DNA of 64,000 bases from Mantamonas sphyraenae STR306 (Eukaryota > Protista > CRuMs), in the NCBI GenBank assembly GCA_026936335.1, contig JAPMXV010000061.1, positions 62,001 through 126,000 of the forward strand, in the 5' to 3' direction. Below the pieces are notes generated by a model. It was not told the DNA's origin and made no database searches. It was given only the letters and a program-made list of their open reading frames with translations. Positions 1 to 14,067 of this stretch are shown here, in pieces. Each line of letters starts with the position of its first letter. The first letter of the stretch is position 1. The position numbers and the translations under genes are program-made.

Positions 1-3000
1 CGCCTCGCCCACACCCGTGTTGCCTAGATCAGACACATTCACCGCCACCCAGTCACTGCCTACGTAGTTTGGCGCCGATTGGTACTCCAGCGACGCCAGT
101 GCGCCCTGCAGCTGGGTCAGCGTGCCTGTGAACAACATGTCCATCAGTCCGCCGTCACCTGATCCTTCGATGAATCCCAGTCCGCCGCTGCTGCCGATCC
201 ACACGCGCCCCCCCTGTCGAGTCTGCACGCGTGCTTCCAACACACCACTCAAGGCGTCCAGGTCGGTCACGTTTACAGCGGGCAACGCTGTGCGGATGTC
301 CTCATCCAGCACAAACACTCCTCCAACCGCGTTCACGGTGGGAGCATCGTTCACCGCACCCACATTCACTGTGCTTGAGCCCACGGCCACCAAAAGACCG
401 TCTCCCAACCGCACTGTCACTGTGTCGGCTCCGTTAAAGTGCGCAGCGCTCGTGTAGCGCACGCCGCCCACCATCGACGCCTGCAGCGCCGTTTGCGTGC
501 CTCGCAAAACAAGCGTGCTACCCACGGTGGTCAATTGCACACTCGGGTCGACGGCCACCACAGACATGCTTCCCGACACCGCGGTGAAGTTCAACGTCAT
601 CGTCGCATTGAAAGCGTCCACATCCGATACGTTTGCCCCTGGCAGCACCAACACACCGTCTTCAGACACAGAGAACGGTCCCGAGGCCACACTCAGCACA
701 GGGGCGTCGTTGACTGCCTGAACAGTGACACTCACTTGCTTGGTTTTCGTGGTTTCTCCCGGGGTTCCCGTGAACCCTTGGTCGCCGGCAAACAGCGTCA
801 ACTCGTCGCTACCAAAGTAGTCTGCGTCACCACGATACACCATAGAGCCCAAGGCCGCGTTGACATCGGTCAGAGTGCCCTTGAAAGCGTGCACACGGTC
901 GGCCACGCCGTCTCCTGTGCTGAACGTCAACCCCGTGGTGCTTCCCAGCGTCAAGACACCGCTGGTCACGGAGACTTGCATGCGCAACGGGTTGCCAAAA
1001 ACATCGGGATCTGTCACAGAGATGCCACTGAGTGTGAGATCCACATCCTCGGCCGCTGTGGCGGTGCCCGGTGCCAGAATATCGATGGGGTCGTTGATCG
1101 GATTGATCGTCAGCACCATGACCTTGGTGTCACCCTTGGGTCCATCCACAGCCGTTGTGTCCTCGTCGTTCATGCTAACTGTCAGTGGATCCTGGCCAAA
1201 CGAACCCGGTGGCGCAAGGTAGCGCACTCCCGACGTTGCGATCGCGTTGTTGATTGCCGCCAGGGTGCCCCGCATCGAAATGAACTGATCCTCCACTCCG
1301 TCGCCGACCAGAAACGTGACGCCGGACAAACCACCCAGAATGGTCAGTGTGCCCTTGGTCACGGTCATGTTCACCTGGATCGGCTGGCCCGCGCTGTCCA
1401 CGTCAAACACAAAGAACAGATTGACAAAGTCACGCGGCACGTTTTCGTTCACGTCCGTGTTGCCCGGCACACTCACGGTTGGCGGGTCGTTCACGCTCGT
1501 CACTGTGATCGCCAAGGTCGTGTTAACCTGGTAGCTGCCGCCTGCGCCCGTGTTGCCCAGATCGTCCACTTTGAAGAACAGCGAATCTGGCCCGTTGTAG
1601 TTCAGAGTGCCTCGGTACACCAGTGTGGCCAGTGCCGCGTTCAATCGGGTCACTGTGCCCCGTGCGCGAAGGCTGCCGTCCAGGTATCCGTCGCCCTGCA
1701 GGAACGTCAAGCCCGTTGTGACGGACATCGACAGTTGGCCGTTGCTTGTTCCCAGGGTTAGCTCCATGCTTCCAGTGCTGGAATCGATGTCCGACGTGCT
1801 GAATCCAGTCAGTGTCAGATCCGTGTCTTCACTGATCGTAAACGGTCCCGCCGGATGGGTGATTGTCGGCGCGTCGTTCACGGCCGTCACAACCACGTTC
1901 ACCACAGACGCACTCTGAAGCGCGCCTCCCACGCCCGTGTTTCCTTGGTCGTTCACAGTTACCGTGATCCCGGCCGTGCCAAAGAACTTGGCCGCAGGCG
2001 TAAACTTCATGTTGGCCAACGCGGTGGCCAGATTGGCCAATGTGCCACGCAACTGCATGAATGCGTCAACGTCGCCGTCGCCTGAAAGCATGGTCACACC
2101 GCTTGTCGTTGACAAGGTCATGGCTCCATTTGCAGACGACAACGTCACCAGTAGCTCTGCGGCTGGGCCTGCGTCTGTGTCGCTCACGCTCAGCCCAGAA
2201 ATGGTGATGTTTGTGTCCTCGGCACCTGTGGGTGTGCTTGTGGGCAGTACCACCACTGGCGCGTCGTTGATCTGGCGAATGTCCACTGTCACCGTCTTTG
2301 TGGTGATCAGCGTGCCACCCAAGCCCGTCACTCCGAAATCGGACACGCTCATCGTCAGCGTATCGGTGTAGTTGGCCACATAGCGGTTCTGGTACAGCAG
2401 TGTGGCGATGGCACCATTCAGCACGCTTGCGCGTCCGCGCATGCGCAGCACTTGGTCCTCAAAGCCGTCGCCCGCGTCAAACGTCAATCCGCTTGTGTTG
2501 TACAGCGTCACGTTGGCCAGTGCGCCCACGGTGATGTTGACGCCCAAGTCAAATGTCTCGCCTGCCTCTTGATCGCTCACTGCAAACCCGCTGATGTTCA
2601 GCGCTTTGCCTTCATCCACCAGCTGTGCGCTGGGAACACTCAACGCGGGCGCGTCATTCACCGCGGCAATGGTGATGGCTGTCGACTGCGAGCAGTCGTA
2701 CAGTTGGAGGTCGGTGACGCACATGGCCAGTGTGTCGCTGCCTGACCACGTGGGTGGGGGCACGTATGCAACGGGGTTCAGTGCAGCGTTGATGGCTGTA
2801 CGCGTGCCAACAATTGTCTTGGCACGTGCGGTATCCACTACAAAAGTCAACCCGGCCGTCGATGCAAGTTGCAGCGACCCTTGCGTCACGCTCATGTTCA
2901 CACGCAGGGGGTTGCCAAACACATCCACGTCGCTCACGGACACGCCAGCCACATTCAGCGTCACATCTTCCAGACCCGACGCTGTGCTGGGCATGCTCAT

Positions 3001-6000
3001 CACTGGTGCGTCGTTCACAGGAGTCACAGTCACGGTCACGCCAGCGGATGCCGATTCAGCTGCGCCGACGCCACTGTTGCCCTGATCGTTCACCAGCAGG
3101 GTGACTGTGTCTGTGCCAAAGAAGTTCACACTGCCCTGGTACTGCAGAGTGGACAGGGCCGCATTGATGGACGTCAGGTTGCCTGTGAAGCGCTGCAAGG
3201 GAGCAAAGACAACACCGGTGCCCGCGCTAAAGCTCAACCCGGCCGTGCTCGACAGGCGCACCTGCCCACTGGTACCGCTGAGATCGACCTGCACAAGGGC
3301 AGAACCAGCATCCACATCCGAGATGCTGAAGCCGGCCAGTGCCACAGCAGTGTCCTCGGCCACGGTGGCGGCGGGCGGAACAGTTGCCACAATCGGAGCG
3401 TCGTTCACAGCCACAACAGAGATGATCACATTGGCCATGCCCTGCAGTGCCGTGCCGTGCCCCGCGTGGCCACGGTCATCAATGTGCAGCGACAACAGAT
3501 CGGCCCCGTTGTAGTGCAGAGGCGCAGAGTACGCCACAGAGGCAAGCGCAGCCTGCACACGTGTCAACACACCCATAAACTGCAGTGACGCCGCTGCTTG
3601 GTGGTTGCTACTGTTAAAGAGCAGACCCTGCGTGGTGGCCAGCGAGATGTTGCCCACGCTGACGCTGACGTTCACTGCGTACATGTGCGTGGCCACGTCG
3701 TCGACATCGGACACGCTCAGACCAACCACCGCGCCCACTGTGTCTTCGTTCACAGACACGCTGCTGGGTCCCACGGCCGAAGGGGCGTCGTTGACCGCCT
3801 CCACATGAATGGGCAGCGTGGCTGACGCCGTGAGAGTGCCACCTGCACCTGTCACGCCCTGGTCGTCCACCGTCAGTGCAATGTCTTCGTTTCCGTTGAC
3901 GTGCAGGTTTCCTTGGTACACCAGTGTGGCCAGGGCACGGTTGAACGCAGTCACCGAGCTTGTGAAGCGCATCTCTGCGTCCTGCACTCCGTCGCCGAAC
4001 GTCCACGTCAAGCCTGTGGTGTTGGCCAGCCACATGACGCCCGAGGTGGCCTTGAGTACCACGTTGAGTTCCGATGCGCCAATGTCTGCATCTGTGACGC
4101 GATGGCACTCAATGTGAGCTGTGTGTCTTCGCTGACTGCAAAGCGGCTCGGCGTTGTTGGCACGGAAAGCACGGGCGCGTCGTTGATCGAGGCCACATTG
4201 ATGGGCAGGATCTTGGTGGCTGTGTTGGTAACAGATGTGCCGTTGCCCAAGTCGGTGGCAGCAAACTCCAGCTGATCCAGGCCGTAGTAGTGAGGTGTGC
4301 CAATGTAGCGCAGGGTGGCCAGCGCCGCGTTGGTCGACGTGATGTTGGCCTCAAAGACCATGCGTGTGTCGTTTGCGCCGGTGCTGCCCGACAGGAATGT
4401 CAGTCCCGCGGCGCTGCCCAGGGACAACAGGCCGTTTGCTGTGGTCATGTTTGTGCGCACGACGTTGTCGGCGATGTCAATGTCAAAAAGCACGATGGGC
4501 AACAGTGCGCTGAATGTGTCCTCGTCCACTGCCACGGGCGGAGGCAATGTGATCTTCAGGTCGTCGTTGACATTGTTCACAAACAGAGACAGAGCAAGGG
4601 GCGGCGATGCTTCCAGGGCACCGCCTGTGCCCGTGTTTCCGTTGTCACTCACTCGCACCAGCACGCTGTCTGCTCCGACATAGTTGGGTGCAGAAAGATA
4701 CAGGAGGGAGCCTAGCGCCTGGTTCATGGCCGTGATGGAAGTTGTGGAGAACAGCAGCGCCTGTGTCGAGTTGCCCATGTTGCCGCCGGATCCGTAGGTC
4801 ACCGACACACCCGACACGTTGAGCCACACACTGCCCACACCCACGGTGATGTTTGCACTCATGCCGCCCGATCCAACGTCGACGTCGGACACAGCCACGC
4901 CAGGCAGCGCGGTCACAGTGTCTTCGTCCACAGGCGGCGGCGCAGTGTTGCTGAGCGTGGGTGCGTCGTTCACGGCACTCACGGCGATGGCCACCGAGGC
5001 GGAAGCCGTCAAGACGTTGCCTTGTCCCACAGCACCGAGATCGCTGACCCACACACTCAACACGTCTGCGCCAACGTAGTCTTGGTTTCCTGTGTAAACC
5101 AGTCCCGGATTGGACAGGGCGTTTTGTAGCACAGTACGTGTGGCTACGATCTGCATGGCCGCGTCATCCAGTCCGTCACCCACCACAAAGGTCATCCCTG
5201 TGGTTGAGCCAAACGGCAGGCTCAATGTGCCCGACGTCACGCTGATGTTGAAGGCCATGAGATGAGTGCCCACGTCAACATCGCTGATGTTGATGCCACC
5301 AATGGTCAACGCCGTGTCTTCAGCCACTGCCTGTGCCCCCGGCACAGACAGCGTTGGCCCATCGTTCACAGGCAGCACCGTGATGGCGAGCACACGTGCA
5401 TCGGTGAGCACACCGCCTGCACCAGCGCCGCCTTCGTCACTGACCCGCACCTGCAGGCTGTCTGAGCCGTAGAAATCCACGTTGCCGCGGTACACAACCG
5501 ACGCCACGGCCGTATTGACCTGTGTGCGTGTGCCGCGGATGCTGATGGCGCTGCCGTTGTAAATTCCGCCCGCATACAGCACGCCCGAGCTCACACTCAT
5601 GTTCAGGGTCATGCTACCAGCTTCGACGTCGACGTCGCTCACAGACAGGCCCGTCACGGTCAGGTCGCCCTCTTCAAGAACCGAGGACAGCGACGCAGGG
5701 ACGGTGAGCACAGGAGCATCGTTCACAGCCGTGACGGTGATTCCCACGCTGGTGGCGTCGCTTTTGATGCCTCCCAGGCCGCTGTTGCCCTGGTCGTCCA
5801 CAACCACCGTCAGCGTGTCGCTACCCGTGTAGTGCAGGGCGGGACGGTAGACGAGCGAGCCCAACAGTGCGTTGATGGCTGTCAGATTGCCTGTCAGTTG
5901 AACCTGTCCCCCGCCTCCGTTCAGTGTCCCTTGTGTCACGTTGGCCACCAACGCCATGTTGGAACCGTCCACATCCACATCCGTCACCGACAGGCCCACC

Positions 6001-9000
6001 AACGTCAGCACTCCGTCTTCGGACACGCTTTGGCTGCCCACGGAGGCCGTCACGTTCGGCGCATCGTTCACAGGCGCCACCGTAATCACCACAGATGTGC
6101 TTGCGCTCAGCGACACGTACGGCATTCCCGTGTGGCCCCTGTCCGTAATGCTCGCGGCCAGTGTGATGTTGCCGTTATATTTGTCCGGAGGTGTTAGGGT
6201 CAGATGCGTCAGGGCAAGTTGCAGCTGTGCAAGGGTGCCCTGCACATTCCACGCCGCTGCTCCGTTGCTGCTCCCGTCCACAAAGTACAATCCGGTGGTG
6301 TTGCCCAGCTGCAAGGATCCTACCGTTGCGCTCATGTTCAACACCATGTCGCCCTGCCCCACGTCGATGTCGCTTATGCCAAACACGCCGTTCAGGCTCT
6401 GCACAGCGCCTTCATTCAGCTGCATGTATGCAGGCGATGCGGATATGGTCGGTGCATCGTTTACGGCGGTCACGGTAATGCCCAGAGTCAAGATATCGGT
6501 CAGACCGAGTGGATCACGAGCTACCACAGTGAGGACGTCGCCGCCGACGTAGTTACTGGGTGGGGTGTAAACCGTACCGTTGAGAGTGCCATACAACACG
6601 CTGTAGGTAATGGTCACATTTGTGTCGTCGACATCAGTCGCATTTACCGCCGGCAGTGTCACGCTGGTGTCTTCCGCCATGGTGATGTTGGTCGTGTTGG
6701 CGTCGACAAACCGCAGCACCGGGGCGTCGTTCACAGCCACCACCGAAATGGCAACCGTGGCATTTGCCCGTAGTCCTCCGCTGTCCTGAACATGGATGCT
6801 CAGCGTGTCTGCACCGTTGTAGTTTGCGGCGTACGTCACCCTGAGGGTGGACAGTGCCGCGTTGATGGCGGTAAGGGTGCCCGTCAGTTGTGTGGCATTT
6901 GCTGGCGACAGGGTGCCCACCTCCACGCTGACGTTGCATGACATTGTGGTGGCTGCAGCGTCCACGTCAACCACGGTTAAATTGCCCGCCACCAGCTGCA
7001 GAGGTACGTCCTCCAGTGTGCTCCACGCCACCGGTTCCACCGAGATCGTTGGAGCATCGTTCACCGCAAACACAAAGATCGGCTGGATGTACTTTGTGTC
7101 TGTGAGGGCGCCGTCGCTCACCTGCAACGTGATGATGGCTGCTCCGTTGAAATCCTGATCGCCCTGGAACACGAGACCACCGCCGAGTGCTGCGTTGAAG
7201 GCTGCCTGTGTGGCAGTAAAGCGCATCTCTTTGTCCAGATTCCCGTCGCCTGTGCCAGCGGAAAAGTTGAATCCTGTCACGTTGGCGATGGTCAGCGTGC
7301 CAAAGTCGCACTGCAGCACAAACGACAGTGGCTCGGCAAACGCATCCACGTCAGACACAGAAATGCCGTTGAACGTCAACGGTTGGTCTTCCTGTGCAGA
7401 CAGGGCACCCGGCACGGTGAGGACCGGTGCGTCGTTGACGGGGGTCACTGTGATTGGAGTGACAAAGGCGTCGTAGCTTGGGCCACCCAGGCCTTGCGCA
7501 CCGAGATCACTCACGCGCACGCTCAGCGAGTCCGGTCCGTTGTAGTGCAGGTTGCCGCGGTACACAAGCGTGTTGAGTACGGCGTTCGTGGCCGTGAGGT
7601 TGGCTACCAGCTGGATAGACGCTTGTCCGTTGATGGTTCCCTGGCTCACAGAGATGTTTGTGGACAGCATGTATGCGTCGACATCTACATCAGTGATCGA
7701 TGCGCCACTCAGCGTCAGATCTGTGTCTTCAGCCACTGTTTGTGCGCTTGCTGCGGCGCCGGCGAAAAGCTGCACCGGATCGTTGACGCTCTGCACCACC
7801 ACCGCGATGGAAGCGTTGCTGCGCAGGCCCTGCTCGTCCGAAAGAACCAGCCACACCGTGTCACTGCCGTAAAAGTGAACTTGAGAGGGCGTGTAGGTCA
7901 GGGCTGCCAGAGCTGCGTTAATGTTGACGAGCGTGTCATGCAGAAATGCCACGCTCAGGTTGCCGTGGTTGCTGCTCACGTTAAGACGTACGCGGTTAAG
8001 CCCCACGTCCACATCCGACACATTGATGCCAGTGATGTGCAGCACCGTATCCTCGCTCATCACTTGCGGGCCGGGAACGAAAATGACAATCGGATCGTTG
8101 ACCTCGAGGACAGCCACAGCCAAGCTGGCTGTGGCGTTGGCTCCCACGTTGTCATACACCGTGACAGCAATGGTGTCAGTGCCGTTAAAATGCAGGTTCG
8201 GGGTGTACACGAGGGTGGCCAGAGCAGCGTTCAGCGCCGTCAGGTTGGCCGTCAACGATGTCAGCGACAACGTCCCGTGACTGGCACTCAGCAGCACAGA
8301 CAAGTCGTGTGCGTACACATCTACGTCGGTGACGACGATGCCGCTCACGAGGAGGCTTGTGTCTTCCGAGGTATTGAGAGGCAGCGGCGACGGAAGCGAA
8401 GAAAAGGCGGGCGCGTCGTTCACCGGGACGATGCTCAGTGGCACGTGCACGGTGTCGTTAAGCCCGAGATCGTCGACGATTGAGATGATCAAGGTGTCAT
8501 TGCCGTAGTAGTGGGTGTTGGGCGTGTAGACGATGCCCGCACCGAGAGCAGCGTTGATCGCCGTCAAGTTGCCCGAAAGTGATGGAATAGACACAGAGCC
8601 GTGCATGACACTGGCTGTGAGCTGCATGGTGTTGGTAGTCACGTCCACGTCGCTGACAGCCACGGGCGAGAGCGTCACAGAGGTGTCTTCATCCAGAGTC
8701 AACAGCGACGCGCTGGCAAACAGTTGCGGCGCGTCGTTGACGGCTTGCACAACGATCACACTGGACGCATTGGCCGTCTTTTCTCCGCCGACACCAAACT
8801 CGCCTTGGTCGCTGACCCAGTAGCGGATGGTTTCGACGCCAAACGCGTGCGTGCGGGGACGGTACACGAGCGAAGCCAACAGGGCGTTCAGGTTGGCGAT
8901 GGAGTCGACGCGACTGAACGAGGAAACGTTGAGTGGCAACAGGACGCCAAGGGTGCCGTTGAGTGACAGCGAGACGTTGAGGCGAAGGGTGCCGCTGCCG

Positions 9001-12000
9001 AGGTACGCGTCGCTGTCGGACACGGCCAGACCGACCAGAGGCAGGTCTGTGTCCTCAGATGTGGTGATTGTGGACGCAGTGCTGTTCAGCGAGGGTCCCT
9101 CGTTGAAGTAGTCCACGCGGATGTACACAGAGGCAGCAACCGAGTAGTCCTCGTCGGCCAGGCCAATGTCGATCCGTGCGGGGCCAGCATAGCCTGGCAG
9201 CGGACGGAACACGAGGTTTTGCAGCAACGAGTTGGTGGCGTTCAGGGAAAGAGAGGCGTTGAAGGCTGGCAGCGCTGGCAAGGAGCCGTTGTGCACAGTG
9301 ATGTTCAGCGTCAGCAGCTGTCCAATATCCACGTCCGAAGCGGCGATGCCTGCAATGGTAAAGTCAAAGTTCTCCAGTGCCACCTGGAGCGGAGGCACAG
9401 TGAGGGAGGGCGGATCGTTGACGGCCGCGATGCGCACATGGATGTACGCTGTGGATTCACCACCGGCTGGGTCGCGCACTGTGTACTGGAACACATCGAG
9501 CCCGTTTGCGTTGGGCGCAGGCGTGTAGTACAGAGTGATGTTGCGATCCGTGGTGGTATTGGCAAACACCGCCGTGCCCAGGGTGGGCAGGAGCGGGCCG
9601 ACATGAAAGGTAAACAGGGAGTGGTCGGCGTCCGTGGTGTTGATCTGTACGCTGAACGGCGTGTCTTCGGTTGCGTTGTAGGTGTGGTTGTTGGCCAGCG
9701 GCAGGTCATTGACCGACGTGACGTTGACAACGACGACGCCGACGAGCGAACGCGCCTCAAAGATGTCATCCACGTAGTAGGTAAAGTTTGCGACGCCGTA
9801 GACGTGTGCCAGGGGCGTAAAGGTAAAGAGACCAAAGTTGGTGTCTGTGACAACCACGGTACCGAGCCCAACGGGTTGGCTGGCAACCACAAAAGTGAGC
9901 GGGTGCGCTTCCTTGTCGAACCCAAAGAGGTTGCCCGTGTAAGGCACGTCCTCAGGCGTGTGGATGTACGTCAAGTTGGCAATGACGGGGGCGGTGTTCT
10001 CAATGGCCACGAGGATAAACACGGTGGCGTTGGTGAGGGAATTGAGCGGCGGATCGCCACGATCACGCACGTCAAACACAAAGCTGTCTGTGCCGTTGTT
10101 GCCATCTGCTGGCAGGTAAACAAATTCCCCAGTCTGGTTGTTGGTGATATTGAGCGAGCCGAGCTTGGGCTGCTCCAGGATGCGAAACTCCAGCGTGTCA
10201 TCTTCGACGTCGGTGGCGTTGAGTTTGCCCACGTACGCCGTGTTTTCGTCCGTCTCCAATTTGCCGTTGAGTGGCACGGGAGGGTCGTTGACGGGCGTGA
10301 CAACAAAGGTAAAGACGGCTGTGTCACAGAGGCCCTCGACGTCGCAGACCTTGAGGGTTGCGGTTTGGTTGCCGTTGAAATTGAGCGAGGGCACAAAGGT
10401 GACGATTCCGGTGGACGGATTGATGGTCAGGGTGCCATTTGCTGGCAGTGTGAGAGCTTGGGCAGAGGCCAGGTTGATGGCCGAGTCTGCGTCGTAGGTG
10501 TAGGGGCTGATAGAAAACTGAAGGGTGGTGTCCTCGGCGACGATCTGCAGGCCGTCGGAAAACTGCGGGTAGCAGTTGCAGTCGTCGTTGTCCTTGACAC
10601 AAGCCGTCTCGCAGTGCGAACCGACGTAGCCAAAGTCGCAGAAGCACTGGCCGTCACTGAGGCACTGTCCGCGAGCGCTGCAGTTTGTGGTTGCGTTGCA
10701 CTGGATGGAACACTGGGCAGTGAGCGGACCGACCCAACCGTCGTCACATGAGCACAGATTGTTGCCGATACATGTGCCGTGGCCGTTGCAATAGGTGTCT
10801 CTGGAGCAGTTGTACTGACACAGGCTGCCCGTGAACCCGTCGGGGCAACTCTTTCCGGTGGCCGGGTCTTCGCACTCACCGTTGATGCTGTGGCAGACGG
10901 CACCGTTTTGGCAGGCACAGGACGTGCAGTCGTCGCCAAACCAGTTGCCTGCACAGCTGCAGGTTCCGCAGTAGCACTGGCCCTTTGCGTTGGGACAGCC
11001 CGCAGGACAGGGTTTCTTTGTGCAGACGGCAAACTGGCTCAACGTCTGCGAGCACTGCTCACAGGTGCATGTGCCGTCGGAGTTGCATGTGCCAAGGCCG
11101 CCACAGATGGAACCTGAGCCGTCGGTGGCGCTGATGCCGGGGCATGCAGAGAGACAATTTGCGCCGTAGAAGCCGTCGCGGCACTGGCAGGTGGTGGTGT
11201 TGGGCAACAGGTAACCCGACATTTGCGAACAGTCTGCGTTGAGGCAGCGTCCACACGTGGTTGCACACGATGGGCCCGTTGTGCAATCCGAGGTGGTTGC
11301 GTCGCGCCCGCAGGGTGTCGAGGCCGTCTCGTTGCAGTAGGTGCCCTTGAATCCACAAGCGCACTGGCAAGCGCCGGTGGTTTGATTGCAGATGCCGTTG
11401 CCATAGCACGGGCGCTGGGAGCCGTCTGGCATGGAAACGACAAAGGGGCAGGTGAATTGGCAGCCGTCGCCGTAGGTTGTGTTGCTGCAGGAGCATGCCT
11501 TGTCGCCTGCAAAGTTGCAAGTGCCATTGTTGGAGCAGTAGCTGGCGTGTCCACGCTTGTTGACACCAACGAGAGGTTCCGGGGCGCCGGACGGGCTGAT
11601 GGCGCCTGCGCAGGTGGTGCACGTGTCTGTGGCAAAGTAGGTGCAGTTCTGACAAGGTTTGCCTGCGGAACCCGAGAGACACTTGCCTGTGTCGTGGCAC
11701 CATCCGCAGCCAGCGCGAGAGACGCAGTCGCCGCAGTTGCAGAGATCGGAGCAGGTCTGGCAGCACTCGGTGTTGAAGGATTGGGGAAATCGAGAGCCGA
11801 TGCACTGGGTGGGGCCAAACTCGCGTCCAAGACACACGAGGTTTTCGTTGCACCAGCCGCAGATGGGATCTGCGGTGCAGTCGCCACAGAATTGATACTG
11901 GGAGCAGTATTGAGCGGTTGCAGCGCTGCAAGTTTTGTCGATGATGCGGATCCCTTTGCGGGCCTCGTCGAGCGGGATGTCAAAGAAGGAGATTGCGTTT

Positions 12001-13979
12001 GTAAAGGCGTCGTACTCAGCGAGACGGAAGCCCGTGAGACCTCCCTGAACATCCATGGCGTAGTTCATGTCGACGGAGCGAGGCATGGTGCCCAAGACCA
12101 TGCCGTCGGAGCAGCAGGCAACCCAACGGAAGTAGAAATCACCCACGCCCGTGTTTGTGTTCCAGAAGTAGCAGTCGTTGCTGGAGCCAACACAGCTAGC
12201 GGTCGAGTCGGGCGCGTTGTCGTCCTTGACGAGGACGCTGACACCTGTGCCGCCGACGATTTTGGAATCGACGTTGACGAGGACATTGCCGCCGTCTGCA
12301 TTGCCAGCTTTGTCGAGGATCCAAAGGACGGAGCTATTGTAGGTCTCGTCGATGGCAATGACGAGGGTGGCGTACTCTGCAGTGGCAAGTCCTGTGTTTT
12401 CGGAGGAGCTCGAGGGAAAATTGTACGAGTAGAACATGGTGGCTCCAGACACGGTGTTGCAGTCGTTGGGGTTGGGGCCTTGAGACGGGATACGGTATCG
12501 ACCGCGGTTGTCCGGGGCGGCCCCGACGCCGCTGCATGTCTTTGTGGTCATGGGATGGCCGGGGGGAAAGTGGGTCACAGGGGTGAAATCGCGCTTCTGC
12601 GGGCCGCTAGGATTGGAAAGATCCCATTGGACCTCGTAGCAGAAGTTTGATTCACCCGTGTCTGTGAGGGTGGTGTGTGGGATGGGCGAGCGATGTGAGA
12701 TAGGGCTGCGGGTGGGGGTGTGGGCAGACGAGAAAATCCGTACAGGTTTGGCATTGGTCGCCAGTCCACGGGGAGATGCAGCTGCATGTCTTGATGGTGG
12801 TACCAACGCAGGTGCCATGGTATGATCCGCCACAGGGGGCGTTCTGGTGGCCCGGGCAGGTATCTGTGTGGAGAATCGGGGCCAGGTCCGGGTCAGGGTT
12901 GGGCGTTCGGAAACGGCTGCTGGGTGCAACGAGCGGGCTGTGGGGTGGAGGAGGCAGCAACTGACCCGAGTAGTTGTGTGCGCCATATTTGGTGTCGAAA
13001 AAGGCGTCGAGAAGCAGGCGCTGCTGGTCAGGAAGAGCGTAGTTGAAGTAAAGGAGCTCTGCAAGGTGGCCGTCGAAGTAGCTGCCCTTGGCGGCAATGA
13101 CCCCGTCGTGGAAGCGTGTGTTTGTGCCGGCACAGCCGATACGCACATCACCTGTGTATGTGGCGGAGGGAGGATTTGGGCAGTTGTGGGCGGGTGGGCG
13201 GTCAGGGTGAGCGTGCTGCAGGGCGGGATAAAGCTTCTGGGCGGTTTGGGGCCGGCGGGAAACAAGCAGGCGGACGGACCTGTGTGCTGGGAGAGGTAGG
13301 AGACGCCGGTTGCAAGCTCCATGAGCTGGCCATTCATGTAGAGGGAGAGCTGTGTGGAGGCGCCATCAAAGATGAGGACGAGCTTGTATGGTGTGTTGGT
13401 ACGTAGTCCCGGGAAGCGCCAAAAGTCGGCTTCGCGATTGTCAATGAGGTATTTGGAGTAAGGGCTGGCACCTGTGGTGGACCACATCATGGCATAAAGC
13501 ATGTGCGAGTGGATGTAGATGCTGACACCAGCCGTTTGGTCGCCCTGCTCCCAGAGTAGCTGGCGGGTTGTGAGGTCGCCACTGGTTTGAAAGACCATGG
13601 CAATGGTGAGGGCTTGATACCCCGCAGCATTGTCGTTGATGTCGTTGTTGGGGTTCTTTGTGATTTCGTAGCACTCGGAAGAGGTGCGGACAAAGTTGAG
13701 AGCCCGCCGGCTGTTGATGACGTTGTTGGTGTTACTGGGCGGGTTGTTGGACTGCGTGGCGTCGTTGCTGTTTCCAGAGACGTCTGTCCATGTGGCAAGA
13801 TTGCCTGTGTTGTGATTGTCCGCACAAAACCATGCTGTGGCATTGAGGTTGAAGGATTCAATGCCCGCGTGGCAGGTGTTGTGGCTGGCGTATGCTGCGG
13901 GCAGGGTGGCCCAGAGCACAGCCAAACAGCCAAACAGCATGGTCCATGTCCATGCGTTGGAGATGCGGCGCCTTGCCAT
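1..13979 (-). CDS. Giant secreted/surface adhesin-like protein: signal peptide, LamG/ConA-like domain, EGF, PSI and EGF-like repeats, then at least ~30 cadherin-like (VNDAP...EDT) Ig-fold repeats; 3' end lies beyond the window
   Basis: ATG at 13979 (MARRRISNAWTWTMLFGCLAVLWATLPAAYA, signal-peptide-like). GT-AG introns 13279-13152, 12965-12864 and 12743-12662 restore LSQHTGDVRIGC...YSDTCPG...CQTYTGESNFC. PSI-like CGDCTADPICGWC and CGDCVSRAGCGWC. Repeats of ~100-130 aa (VNDAP, EDT, vsDVD, Y..n..G.D.l.v.v.D) continue after an apparent 1-bp deletion near 4100 and stay open to position 1. Confidence 0.9.
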
Positions 13980-14067
13980 GGCGGTAGTTTGGATTTGTGT
14001 TGGGTTGGCGGGTGGAGCCGCGCGCCGGGGGACGAAGCAGAAAGGCGTTGACACAGGCGGGGACGTG
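13980..14067. promoter_or_regulatory. Putative bidirectional promoter (88 bp) between the giant adhesin and the nucleotide-sugar transporter
   Basis: Head-to-head ATGs at 13979(-) and 14068(+); location inferred, no motif proven. Confidence 0.5.

Noticed and set aside
1-10600. Bacterial contamination or a CRISPR-like/tandem DNA array in the repeat region
   Set aside because: The repeats are divergent protein-level units contiguous with an intron-containing eukaryotic 5' end; there are no identical DNA repeats with spacers.
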